Positions 8,958-18,227 of a stretch of 32,000 bases of DNA are shown here, in pieces (position 1 is the stretch's first letter; every line of letters starts with the position of its first letter). This stretch comes from Candidatus Kuenenia stuttgartensis (lineage in GTDB: Bacteria; Planctomycetota; Brocadiia; Brocadiales; Brocadiaceae), in NCBI RefSeq assembly GCF_900232105.1, contig NZ_LT934425.1:2130001-2162000 (forward strand). The letters run 5' to 3'. The notes under the pieces are model-generated. The model saw only the letters and a program-made list of their open reading frames with translations, was not told where the DNA came from and did no database searches. A program made the translations under genes and the position numbers.

Positions 8958-10959
8958 CGTGAGTTTATCACAAAATAAGGCATGAAGCAACGTAACATAA
9001 ATACAGTCAATGCGTTAAGCACAACATCAATTGTATACACTGAGTCCTTGAAGTTTCAGCCGATGTTTGTGGAAATCCATAATGCCTAACGCATTCATCA
9101 ACAGAGATTCCTTGTCGGACATTTCTTCCAATTTGTAGGTAGCCTTAACTCTCCCTCTGGCCTTTGTTTCTTCAAGCATAGCAGAAAGCCTTATATTATT
9201 AAGGGTGTCTAACAGGGTATCTAACGTTCCACTAAATTGTGCGTGCGCTTTTGCCTGATACCACACAATCGCCGCCATTAGGTATCCGAGGACGCAAATA
9301 AAAAAATGCACCCTGATTTTCTGATCCGTCCAGTGAAATTGCGGTTTTAAAGCAAGGTGATAGGGGTTCTTGAGATTTCTAAAGGCATGTTCAATTTTTG
9401 ATTGCCCATAGTAGGCTTTTATAATGTCCGCGGTATCCCAATCGTGATGGTCTGTCATAAGAATCCTGAACCCCAGTTCCCCTTCTATTTCTTCGAGCTT
9501 TTTCTGGTCGATTGAAAAATTCAATTGAAACTTGCCTTCAGATACCTCTTTTAACGACCAATCGATAACATCCTTCGCAAATTGACATTTCACTACACTT
9601 CTTATCGTATCCTCCAGACCCTCTTTGTCCCGCATCTTTCCCTTTGGATTACACAGATGCTGCTGTAAGAGCTTTAACTGATGTTCTGCCTTTTCCAGAG
9701 ACTGAGACATTCCCCTTAATTGCCCAACCTTTAATTTCTCGGAAATAAATACGACAACGGTTCTTTCCTGCCCCCAAATAACCCGTTTGTCATGGTACAC
9801 CTGTATCTTACTGCCGTCAACGTCATATTCCCTGAAATTACACATGGCATCCCCTACCAACTGCTTGTGATGATACGGTGTAAGCGCTCCAACGTAATGC
9901 AATGCCAATCTCTCTACAATAGCCATATTGTCCATGGAATTGTTTCCACGATCAAAAACAATAGTGTGCTTTTTGCTGTCGAAACCTAATCCGGTCATCC
10001 TGTCTTTTATCGTCTCAAGAACCGCGCTGAACACCTTTGCATCCGCCATGTTCCCCTGATAGGTATGGTGAAACAACGGTATCATGTCGTTACGTGTAAC
10101 GACCATCGCCAACCCGACCTGCCTGAGATCGTATCGCTTTTGTTTGTTTTTCCCCCGCCGGGCAATAGTGCATCGCAGATTAGTTGTGTCGATATACGTG
10201 AAAAAATTGGTTGTATCAAAAAACAGTGTGTCGCTTTGAAGGTTGTATGTTTTAAATGTCTTTTCAATTAATTCGCGCTCGATTTCTGCAATGGATTCTT
10301 CAGGAAGTGCATCCATCAAATCCCAGAAATGCTGACTGTCTATTTTACTCAAGCTGTGTCTGAGTAAGTATTCGGCAGTAGTCGTCTTTGCCCAATCCCA
10401 CCATCCTCTTTTGCTGGTAGGCACACACACTCTCCCCACGGCACCCAACAAGAGGGTACTTCCGGCGGTCAGATTATTTCGAACAGGTTTTTTAGCACAA
10501 TACTGCCGTGGCGACTTTATATATTTATTAATCACGGAAGGGACGTCCAGGGCATTGGCCACACTTAGCAATGCGGCTACCGCGCCATGTGAATAAGATT
10601 TGAGCCGTAATTTTTCGGTAAGACCTTGCAGTTGTTTTAATAAATCGTCTGCCTTGCCAAGATAGGCCAGGACGATGGGCCTGGGCTTGCCGTTAACGCG
10701 CCGCGATTCGACAATATACCAATATTTATAACCTCTGGAGTTTTTAGATTGAATGGTAGCCATGGCTATTAGTTGTTAGTGTATACGTAATAGATTAATA
10801 CTCCGTGTATAATAGTATATACAGGCATATAATGCAATATAAATATAGTATTATTCAGTGTATACATAATTTTTTAGACAAAAAAAGTCGCAACCCGATA
10901 CAAATCATTGGATTGCAACTTGATGTCTTTGTCTTACACCTTATTTCGTGATAAACTCA
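8958..10959 (-). mobile_element. IS1634-like insertion sequence, about 2.0 kb
   Basis: Terminal inverted repeats cgtgagtttatcacaaaataaggc and (c)accttatttcgtgataaactcacg. CGCTAG flanks both sides (8952-8957 and 10960-10965). It contains one transposase ORF. Confidence 0.9.
9027..10763 (-). CDS. IS1634-family (IS4-superfamily) DDE transposase, 578 aa
   Basis: 'DTLFFDTTNFFTYID', 'TIVFDRGNNSMDN', 'DIIKAYYGQSKIEHAFRNLKNPYHLALKPQFHWTDQKIRVHFFICVLGYLM' (Y-x2-R/S-x-x-IEx-FR transposase signature). Confidence 0.93.
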   Translation of the reverse strand: MATIQSKNSRGYKYWYIVESRRVNGKPRPIVLAYLGKADDLLKQLQGLTEKLRLKSYSHGAVAALLSVANALDVPSVINKYIKSPRQYCAKKPVRNNLTAGSTLLLGAVGRVCVPTSKRGWWDWAKTTTAEYLLRHSLSKIDSQHFWDLMDALPEESIAEIERELIEKTFKTYNLQSDTLFFDTTNFFTYIDTTNLRCTIARRGKNKQKRYDLRQVGLAMVVTRNDMIPLFHHTYQGNMADAKVFSAVLETIKDRMTGLGFDSKKHTIVFDRGNNSMDNMAIVERLALHYVGALTPYHHKQLVGDAMCNFREYDVDGSKIQVYHDKRVIWGQERTVVVFISEKLKVGQLRGMSQSLEKAEHQLKLLQQHLCNPKGKMRDKEGLEDTIRSVVKCQFAKDVIDWSLKEVSEGKFQLNFSIDQKKLEEIEGELGFRILMTDHHDWDTADIIKAYYGQSKIEHAFRNLKNPYHLALKPQFHWTDQKIRVHFFICVLGYLMAAIVWYQAKAHAQFSGTLDTLLDTLNNIRLSAMLEETKARGRVKATYKLEEMSDKESLLMNALGIMDFHKHRLKLQGLSVYN

Positions 10960-11607
10960 CGCTAGATAATGGTTGTAAGAGATTGATTCATACTTCAACA
11001 AGTGAGGTTTATGGTACGGCACAATACATTCCTATAGATGAAAAACATCCCTTACAACCGCAGTCACCTTATAGTGCAAGTAAAATTGGGGCGGATGCTA
11101 TTGCCATGAGTTTTTACCATTCTTTTAAATTACCAACAGTCATTGCAAGGCCTTTTAATACTTATGGGCCTCGACAATCGGCCAGAGCAGTAATACCAAC
11201 AATCATCTCTCAGATTGCCAGTGGTAAAAAAGAGATTAAGCTTGGGGATGTATCTCCAACAAGAGATATGAATTACGTAGAAGACACCTGTCACGGGTTA
11301 ATTACTCTCTCTAAATGTGATATGGCAGTTGGAGAAATATTTAACATTGGCTCTAATAATGAAACTTCTATATATGAGATTTTTAACCTGATAAAAGAGA
11401 TTATGGCAAGCGACGCACATTTAGTAACTGATAAGGAAAGGTTGAGACCGGAAACATCTGAAGTATTGAGGTTGTGTTGTGATAATTCCAAACTAAAGAA
11501 GCATACCGGATTTTCACCTCAGTATGCTCTTAAGGAAGGGCTTGAAAAGACTATTAACTGGTTTATCAATCCAAAAAACCTATCAAAATATAAAACGGAT
11601 ATCTACA

Positions 11608-12330
11608 ATGTCTAAACGAGCAATAATACTCGCAGGTGGCAAGGGGAAAAGATTATTGCCTTATACAATTGTTCTTCCAAAGCCATTAATGCCAATAGGA
11701 GAATACCCTATTCTTGAGGTTGTTGTACGACAGCTTGCATTTTACGGTTTCAGGCACATTACTATGGCCGTAAATCATCAAGCGGAAATTATTCAGGCAT
11801 TTTTCGGAAAAGGGAAAAAATGGAAAGTTAAAATCGATTATTCTTTTGAAGACAAACCTCTCAGCACAATTGCACCGTTAAAGTTAATAAGCAATTTGCC
11901 AGAGGACTTTCTGGTCATGAATGGAGACATACTAACGGACTTAAATTATTCAGATTTTTATCAGTTTCACATCAACAAAAAAAGTATCTTTTTAATTTCT
12001 TCTTATAAGCGAGAATTGAAAAGTGAGTTTGGAGTATTAGAATTTGATAAAAATGCAAAATTGAAGGAGTTTAAGGAAAAACCGGTTGTCCGTTACAACG
12101 TCAGCATGGGTATATATATGGCAAACAGAACCATACTTGAATACATTCCTAATAACAAACCTTACGGTTTTGATAATCTCATGCTCGATTTAATAAAGGC
12201 AGGAAAGCCTGCTACTGTAAAACCGTTCCATGGCTGCTGGCTTGACATTGGAAGGCCAGATGATTATATACAGGCTATTGATGAATTTGAAAAAAATGGA
12301 TTTTTGTTTCTTAAGGAATTAAAAAAATAA
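11608..12330 (+). CDS. Sugar-1-phosphate nucleotidyltransferase (PtmE/RmlA-like)
   Basis: 'RAIILAGGKGKRLLPYTIVLPKPLMPIGEYPILE', 'LVMNGDILTDLNY', 'CWLDIGRPDDYIQA'. ATG overlaps the end of the legB-like gene. Confidence 0.9.
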   Translation: MSKRAIILAGGKGKRLLPYTIVLPKPLMPIGEYPILEVVVRQLAFYGFRHITMAVNHQAEIIQAFFGKGKKWKVKIDYSFEDKPLSTIAPLKLISNLPEDFLVMNGDILTDLNYSDFYQFHINKKSIFLISSYKRELKSEFGVLEFDKNAKLKEFKEKPVVRYNVSMGIYMANRTILEYIPNNKPYGFDNLMLDLIKAGKPATVKPFHGCWLDIGRPDDYIQAIDEFEKNGFLFLKELKK

Positions 12331-13475
12331 TGTGGAAAATACCTTTATCTGACATTAATTTCGACCAAAAAGAGGTAGAAGCAGTCCAAAATGTGATTTA
12401 TTCGGGTTGGCTTACAATGGGAGAGGTTACAAAAGATTTCGAAGCCCGCTTTGCCAGGTATATAGGTGTAGAACATGCATTTGCTGTTTCATCCTGTACC
12501 TCCGCGCTGCACCTTGCTGCTCTTGCTCTTGATATTGGAGAAGGCGATGAGGTAGTATGTCCTTCTCTAACATTCGTAGCTGCGCCGAACTCTATTATAT
12601 ACACCCGGGGAAAACCTGTTTTTGCAGATATAACTAGCGTAACAAACCTAAATATCTCACCTGAAGATATTGAAAAAAAAATTACAGCAAAAACAAAAGC
12701 CATTCAGATTATGCATTATGCCGGAATACCCTGCAATATGGAAAGTATCACCGACCTTGCCAGAAAGCGTGGTCTTCCGGTTATTGAAGATTGTGCTCAC
12801 TCTCCTGGATCGGAGTATAAAGGGAAAAGATGTGGCTCTATAGGAGACATAGGATGTTTTAGCTTCTTCTCCAACAAAAATATGACAACCGGAGAAGGGG
12901 GAATGATTACCACAAATGATGAAAATATTGCTAAAAAAATCAGAACATTACGCTCTCATGGTATGACTACCCTCACCCTTGATAGGCATAAAGGGCATGC
13001 CTTTAGTTATGACGTTACTGCCCTTGGATTTAACTATCGCCTCGATGAGATCCATTCTGCCCTTGGCATTGTGCAGCTTGAAAAACTACAAAAAAGTAAT
13101 GAAAGACGCCTGACATTAGCGACAAAATACCAACAAGCTTTATCTGAAATCCAAGGACTTTCAGTAATTTCCGGGAATGGGATTTCTGTATCATCTAATC
13201 ATATTCTCCCTGTTCTGTTGCCAGAAGAAATAGACCGTGCTAAATTTATGGAATATATGAAACAAAATGGCATTCAGACCAGCATCCACTACCCACCGGC
13301 ACACCTCTTTGATTTCTACCGTCGTATGTATGGATACAAAGAAGGAATGCTGCCACTCACGGAAGAAGTTTCTAAAAGAGAAGTTACATTGCCTCTATAT
13401 CCGTCTATGAATGAAGATAGTGTCAGCATTGTTTGTGATGCTGTTCGTGAATATTTTAAAAAGGAATTAATATAA
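12330..13475 (+). CDS. DegT/DnrJ/EryC1/StrS family sugar aminotransferase
   Basis: 'VSSCTSALHLAALALDIGEGDEVVCPSLTFVA', 'VIEDCAHSPGSEYKGKRCGSIGDIGCFSFFSNKNMTTGEGGMI' (PLP lysine context), 'GFNYRLDEIHSALG'. Confidence 0.95.
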   Translation: MWKIPLSDINFDQKEVEAVQNVIYSGWLTMGEVTKDFEARFARYIGVEHAFAVSSCTSALHLAALALDIGEGDEVVCPSLTFVAAPNSIIYTRGKPVFADITSVTNLNISPEDIEKKITAKTKAIQIMHYAGIPCNMESITDLARKRGLPVIEDCAHSPGSEYKGKRCGSIGDIGCFSFFSNKNMTTGEGGMITTNDENIAKKIRTLRSHGMTTLTLDRHKGHAFSYDVTALGFNYRLDEIHSALGIVQLEKLQKSNERRLTLATKYQQALSEIQGLSVISGNGISVSSNHILPVLLPEEIDRAKFMEYMKQNGIQTSIHYPPAHLFDFYRRMYGYKEGMLPLTEEVSKREVTLPLYPSMNEDSVSIVCDAVREYFKKELI

Positions 13476-14101
13476 TGAATGTGTTGGCTGTCGGCGCTCA
13501 TTTTGATGACATTGAACTTGGATGCAGCGGGACGTTGATAAAACATGTTAAAAATGGTGATAAGGTTATCATGCTAGTAGTTACAGATTCATCTTATAGC
13601 AATCCCAATGGTGAATTAATACGGAATTCTGAAACCGCTTATCAGGAAGGTCAGAAAGCAGCGAACATCATTGGCGCCGAACTGATTTGTTTAAATTATA
13701 AGACCTTCCTGGTTCCTTTCAGTGAAAAGTTAACAAAGGAAATTACTCGTATTATTGAGGATAAGAATATAGATATCATGTATTCCCCATGGATACACGA
13801 CCTCCACAGAGATCACCAGTATGTAGGCAAAAATGCACTTATGGCGGGACGACATGTAAAAAGATTTCTTATGTATCGGCCCAATTATTATGACACAGAC
13901 CAGATGTTCAGGGGAAATGTATATTCTGATATTTCTAATTTCATGGAAAACAAAAGTGAAGTTATTAAAGCACACAAGTCAGAACTTGAAAGGGTAAGGA
14001 ACAGCTGGCTAGACTTTTTCGAAAACCAGAACCAAAATGACGGACAAAAGATTGGGGTAGAGTGCGCGGAGTGCTTTGAAGTTGTTCGATATCTTTTGTA
14101 G
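13475..14101 (+). CDS. PIG-L family deacetylase
   Basis: 'VGAHFDDIELGCSGTLIKHVKNGDKVIMLVVTD', 'SPWIHDLHRDHQYVG' zinc-binding motifs. Confidence 0.93.
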   Translation: MNVLAVGAHFDDIELGCSGTLIKHVKNGDKVIMLVVTDSSYSNPNGELIRNSETAYQEGQKAANIIGAELICLNYKTFLVPFSEKLTKEITRIIEDKNIDIMYSPWIHDLHRDHQYVGKNALMAGRHVKRFLMYRPNYYDTDQMFRGNVYSDISNFMENKSEVIKAHKSELERVRNSWLDFFENQNQNDGQKIGVECAECFEVVRYLL

Positions 14102-14106
14102 GGAAT

Positions 14107-14775
14107 ATGGGTAAGATTGTTACAATTCATCAGCCTGATTTTTTACCATGGCGAGGCTTTTTTGATCGCTGGGGAAAAAGTGATTTGTATATTGTTCTTG
14201 ATGACGTGCAATTTCTCCGAAGAGGTTGGCACCACAGAGATAAAATCAAAACAAAAGATGGCGTAAAATGGTTGACTGTACCTGTTAAAAAAAAGGGCAA
14301 ATATGATCAACTTATACTGGAGGTAGAGATAGATTACAGCACAGATTGGCAAGCCAAGCACTTGAAAACTATTGAAGTTAACTATAAGAAAGCTCCGAAC
14401 TTTGAATATTATTTTGATAAATTGAAATCAATATACGTAAAAAAACACGATCTTCTAATAGATTTAAATATGGATTTATTGATATTTGTTGCGGAAGAAC
14501 TTGGGATAGATACTCCCGCTGTTTTTGCTTCTAGCTATAATGTGAATTCAAATTCAACTGAAAGGCTAATTGAATTGGTTAAGGCAGTAGGAGGTAATGA
14601 ATATTTAACAGGGACTGGTTCCAAGGGGTATCTCAATGAAAAACTTTTTCAAAGAAAAGGTATAAGGGTCGTCTGGCAAAATTACGAGGAGACTTTTTAT
14701 AAACAGTTGCATGAAGATTTTGTTCCACACCTTTCAGGGTTAGACTATCTAATGATGAAATGCAAAAATGACTGA
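14107..14775 (+). CDS. WbqC-like family protein
   Basis: 'IHQPDFLPWRGFFDRWGKSDLYIVLDDVQFLRRGWHHRDKIKTKDGVKWLTVPVKKKG', typical WbqC N-terminus. Confidence 0.92.
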   Translation: MGKIVTIHQPDFLPWRGFFDRWGKSDLYIVLDDVQFLRRGWHHRDKIKTKDGVKWLTVPVKKKGKYDQLILEVEIDYSTDWQAKHLKTIEVNYKKAPNFEYYFDKLKSIYVKKHDLLIDLNMDLLIFVAEELGIDTPAVFASSYNVNSNSTERLIELVKAVGGNEYLTGTGSKGYLNEKLFQRKGIRVVWQNYEETFYKQLHEDFVPHLSGLDYLMMKCKND

Positions 14776-15436
14776 CATGAAATGCTATAGTTCAAATAGA
14801 TTTAAAGTTTCCATTTTGGTGGATGACCCCAGTTCATGGATAGTCCCATACGTAGAGAGTTTAAGTGTAAGAATTGGTGAGCAAAACGACGTATCTCTTT
14901 ATTTTAATGCATATGATATAGTGGAAGGTGATTTTTTATTTCTGCTTGGATGCACTTCTATTATACCCAAACAAGTTTTAAATAAGAATAAACATAATTT
15001 GGTTGTGCATGAAAGCGATCTTCCAGAAGGAAGAGGATGGTCTCCGGTAAGCTGGCAAGTATTGGAAGGGAAAAACAGGATACCTATCGTATTATTTGAA
15101 GCTGAAGAAAAACTAGATTCAGGCAGAATTTATTTAAAAGACTATATAGAACTTGATGGCACAGAACTTCTACCAGAAATCAAAAAAAAGCAGGGAGATA
15201 AAACTATTGATTTAGTGCTGACCTTCCTAAATCAATGGCCTGACCTGCAGCCTTCGGGACAGATAGGAATGCCCTCTTATTACGAAAAGAGAACCACAAA
15301 GCATGATGAACTCGATATAAGTAAAAGCATCATCCAAAACTTTAATCATCTTCGTATTATTGATAATGAAAAACATCCTGCATGGTTTCAACTAAATGGA
15401 CACAAATATATATTAAAAATATATAAAACAGACTAA
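14768..15436 (+). CDS. Formyltransferase-fold protein (methionyl-tRNA formyltransferase-like)
   Basis: 'LGCTSIIPKQVLNKNKHNLVVHESDLPEGRGWSPVSWQVLEGKNRIPIVLFEAEEKLDSGRIYLKDYIEL' matches the formyltransferase core layout with H-x-SxLPxxRG-xxP. Confidence 0.8.
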   Translation: MTDMKCYSSNRFKVSILVDDPSSWIVPYVESLSVRIGEQNDVSLYFNAYDIVEGDFLFLLGCTSIIPKQVLNKNKHNLVVHESDLPEGRGWSPVSWQVLEGKNRIPIVLFEAEEKLDSGRIYLKDYIELDGTELLPEIKKKQGDKTIDLVLTFLNQWPDLQPSGQIGMPSYYEKRTTKHDELDISKSIIQNFNHLRIIDNEKHPAWFQLNGHKYILKIYKTD

Positions 15437-15451
15437 TATTCAAGGAGTTTA

Positions 15452-16486
15452 TTGGTGAAAACAATTTCTATCGGAAAATTCATAATAGGCTTAAATGAGC
15501 CTTGTCTCATACTCGCTGAACTCGGTGCTATGCAGGAAGACCTTAATGGGATGAAGAAACTAATTAAGGTTTCAAAAGAAGCCGGTGCCGATGCTGTAAA
15601 GATTCAAACTTACAGGGCAGAAACTATTGCCCATCCATCGGCAGAATTCGAATTTGAAGATGGCTCCAAGATGTTTCAAATGGAGTTCTTTAAAAAACTT
15701 GAAATTTCTCAAGACGACCATAAAGAGCTATTTGATTATGCAAGAGAGCTTGGGATTGCTATTTTTTCGACACCCAGTTACTATGATGATGTTGACTTTC
15801 TTGAAGAGTTGGGTGTGCCAGCTTACAAGACGGGTTCTGATGACTTAACTAATCGCCCTTTCCTTGAATATATCGCACGAAAGGGTAAGCCTATGATTGT
15901 ATCTACAGGTATGTCAACTCTGGCAGAGGTCGAAGAAGCGGTAGAAACAATTTTAAAGACTGGAAATGATCAGTTGGTTCTTCTTCACTGTACGACATCT
16001 TATCCGCCTGCTCCTGAATTTGCCAATCTTAATGTTATGAACACCCTCCGCTCTGCCTTTGACGTTCCCATTGGATATTCAGACCATGTTGCGGGTATTT
16101 TTTCTTCAATACTTGCTGCCAGTATGGGTGCCTCTGTTATTGAAAAGCATATAACCCTGGATCGAAAATCGAAAAGACCTGACTGTGAGGTATCGATAGA
16201 ACCATCAGAGCTAAAGGAGATGGTTGAACAAATTCGTTTAATACCTATTCTTCAGGGAAGCTCGATAAAGAAAATATATCCTTCTGAGAAGAAGTGGCGC
16301 AGGAATGGAAGAAAAAGCCTTGTAGCAAATCGTAATTTAAAATGTGGCGATGTTATTGGAAAAGAAGACCTGAAAATAATCAGGCCTGGAACGGGAATAC
16401 CTCCCAGATACATGGATTTCATCGTTGGCAAGACCTTAAAAAAGGACATTAGTGAAAATGAAATAATTCCTCATGATGCCTTTTAA
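15452..16486 (+). CDS. neuB: NeuB/PseI-type nonulosonic acid synthase with C-terminal SAF domain
   Basis: 'EPCLILAELGAMQEDLNGMKKLIKVSKEAGADAVKIQTYRAETI', 'STPSYYDDVDFLEELGVPAYKTGSDDL', 'STGMSTLAEVEEAV', 'LLHCTTSYPP', 'IGYSDH', 'VIEKHITLDR', then SAF-like 'RRNGRKSLVANRNLKCGDVIGKEDL'. Confidence 0.93.
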   Translation: MVKTISIGKFIIGLNEPCLILAELGAMQEDLNGMKKLIKVSKEAGADAVKIQTYRAETIAHPSAEFEFEDGSKMFQMEFFKKLEISQDDHKELFDYARELGIAIFSTPSYYDDVDFLEELGVPAYKTGSDDLTNRPFLEYIARKGKPMIVSTGMSTLAEVEEAVETILKTGNDQLVLLHCTTSYPPAPEFANLNVMNTLRSAFDVPIGYSDHVAGIFSSILAASMGASVIEKHITLDRKSKRPDCEVSIEPSELKEMVEQIRLIPILQGSSIKKIYPSEKKWRRNGRKSLVANRNLKCGDVIGKEDLKIIRPGTGIPPRYMDFIVGKTLKKDISENEIIPHDAF

Positions 16487-17201
16487 GCCAGATTTCAATA
16501 CAGAAGTTGTAGTAATACTCCAAGCCCGCACAGGTTCTACGAGGCTACCAAATAAGGTTTTGAGATGTTTGGCGGGTAGACCAATGTTGTCGCATTGTAT
16601 TCAAAGGCTTAAGAGAATTGGTGATGGATATCACGTAATCGTAGCAACCTCTACCCTGAATAGAGATTATACTTTGGAGAAATTGGCAATTAAAGAAGGA
16701 GTATTATGTTACAGGGGGGGTGAGAAAGATGTTCTTGATCGTTACTACCATGCAGCGAAATCTGCAGGGGCTAAATTTGTGATCAGGGCAACTGGTGACA
16801 ATCCGTTGGTATGCCCTGAAGAGGCAAAAAGAGTTGTTGAATGCATAACAAGTCAAAAAGTGGATTATGTAACCGGGATAGAAGAAGTAGAAGGTTTAAA
16901 ACTACCGACAGGTGTCGGCGTAGAGGCGTTCACTTTTAAAGCGCTTGAACGATCATGGTTAGAAGGTAACAAAGAGCATCACCGTGAACATGTTAACGAA
17001 TATATTCTTGAGAATCCTGGAATTTTTAGCATAGTCAGGCTCTCCTGTATGCCCCAAAATAGTTGCCCCGAACTCAGTCTGACAATTGATACTAATGATG
17101 ATTTTGAATTTATTGAGGAGATGTTAAGCGGTTTTATTAAGCCTGCAACCGAGATAACTACATCCGAGATTATTAAATGGTGGAGAAAAAGAATAAACTG
17201 A
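16473..17201 (+). CDS. Acylneuraminate cytidylyltransferase-family / SpsF-like nucleotidyltransferase
   Basis: 'VVVILQARTGSTRLPNKVLRCLAGRPMLSHCIQRLKRI', 'VIRATGDNPLVCPEEAKRVVE', 'LSLTIDTNDDFEFIEEML'. Confidence 0.9.
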   Translation: MMPFKPDFNTEVVVILQARTGSTRLPNKVLRCLAGRPMLSHCIQRLKRIGDGYHVIVATSTLNRDYTLEKLAIKEGVLCYRGGEKDVLDRYYHAAKSAGAKFVIRATGDNPLVCPEEAKRVVECITSQKVDYVTGIEEVEGLKLPTGVGVEAFTFKALERSWLEGNKEHHREHVNEYILENPGIFSIVRLSCMPQNSCPELSLTIDTNDDFEFIEEMLSGFIKPATEITTSEIIKWWRKRIN

Positions 17202-18220
17202 TAGTTTTTCGCCTTGATGCTGGTCATGAAAGGGGAATGGGGCATCTGTACCGTATGATGACCCTGGCAGATGAATTTAGAAGAAAAGGGCATGACTGTC
17301 TGTTTGTATTAAAAAGAAATGATGTGGCGTCAAGAATTCTTGACAGCGTAAAGTTTAGATGTCTATCTTATCCAGTACATCTTACAGAAGAAGATATAGT
17401 AGAAAAATACTTCAAAGACGAGTTGGAACCTGATCTTTGGATATTTGATATTCTCTCCACTGACGAGACGTTGGTTGTACGGACTAAATCCATGGGGGTA
17501 CCTGTTGTATCATTTGATGATTTAAAGGGTGGTTTGCTCCATGCGGATCTTGTTGTGAATGCCATTGCAGGTTGCTGGGATGAGGAAAGTAAGGTCTCAG
17601 GGCGTATTCCACATGTATTAAGCGGGCCTCGATACGCAATTATTACGTCTGATATAATTAATCTGAAATACAAGAAAAAAATGCCTCAAGAAGACATTAG
17701 GATTGGGGTAACAATGGGAGGAAGTGATACACATGGCGCTACAGTAAAGATTGGACAAGTATTATCCCGTTTTGATGAAAAAGATATGTATGTGAATTTT
17801 TTTCTCGGACCACATTTCATGCATGACATTGAGATGGATGAGATGCTAGCAGCATTTTCACATCCATTTACCGTGAAAAAAGGGGTTTCGGATTTGTATG
17901 TAGAGTTGATTAATAATAATTTGGTCATATGCGGAGGCGGGCAAACTATGTTTGAGTTGTGCTCAATGGGAATGCCTGTTATGGCTCTGGCAAATGAGGT
18001 TCATGAAGAAAAGACCATTAGATATTTTGAGCGCAATGGAGCATGCATCGATATAGGTTCCGTTCATAAGGAACTTGATGATGAGAAGATGTGTAAGTTT
18101 ATTGATGAGATCAAGTACGATTTGGATAAACTGAACCGGTTGGCAGTGAATGCTGTCCAATTAGTTGACGGTAAGGGAACCAAGAGATGTTACAGTGCGT
18201 GTGCAGTCTTAATCAACTAA
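17177..18220 (+). CDS. PseG/SpsG-like UDP-sugar hydrolase/glycosyltransferase-fold protein
   Basis: 'FRLDAGHERGMGHLYRMMTLADEFRRKGHDCLFVLK', 'IRIGVTMGGSDTHGATVKI', 'LVICGGGQTMFELCSMGMPVMALA'. Confidence 0.85.
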   Translation: MVEKKNKLIVFRLDAGHERGMGHLYRMMTLADEFRRKGHDCLFVLKRNDVASRILDSVKFRCLSYPVHLTEEDIVEKYFKDELEPDLWIFDILSTDETLVVRTKSMGVPVVSFDDLKGGLLHADLVVNAIAGCWDEESKVSGRIPHVLSGPRYAIITSDIINLKYKKKMPQEDIRIGVTMGGSDTHGATVKIGQVLSRFDEKDMYVNFFLGPHFMHDIEMDEMLAAFSHPFTVKKGVSDLYVELINNNLVICGGGQTMFELCSMGMPVMALANEVHEEKTIRYFERNGACIDIGSVHKELDDEKMCKFIDEIKYDLDKLNRLAVNAVQLVDGKGTKRCYSACAVLIN

Positions 18221-18227
18221 GATATTT

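Larger units (their letters stand above)
8621..11615 (+). pseudogene. legB: LegB-like NAD-dependent 4,6-dehydratase/epimerase split by an IS
   Basis: 8621..8957 gives 'MKNNTVLITGADGFIGSHLTEALVKEG...VDTNIKGTLNICKAAL'. 10966..11615 continues 'NGCKRLIHTSTSEVYGTAQY...YSASKIGADAIAMSFY...GPRQSARAVIPTII...KYKTDIYNV'. The join reconstructs AALDNGCKR in frame. Confidence 0.88.

Noticed and set aside
9792-10596. Antisense ORFs inside the IS1634-like transposase
   Set aside because: Shadow ORFs of a well-supported transposase; no domain resemblance.
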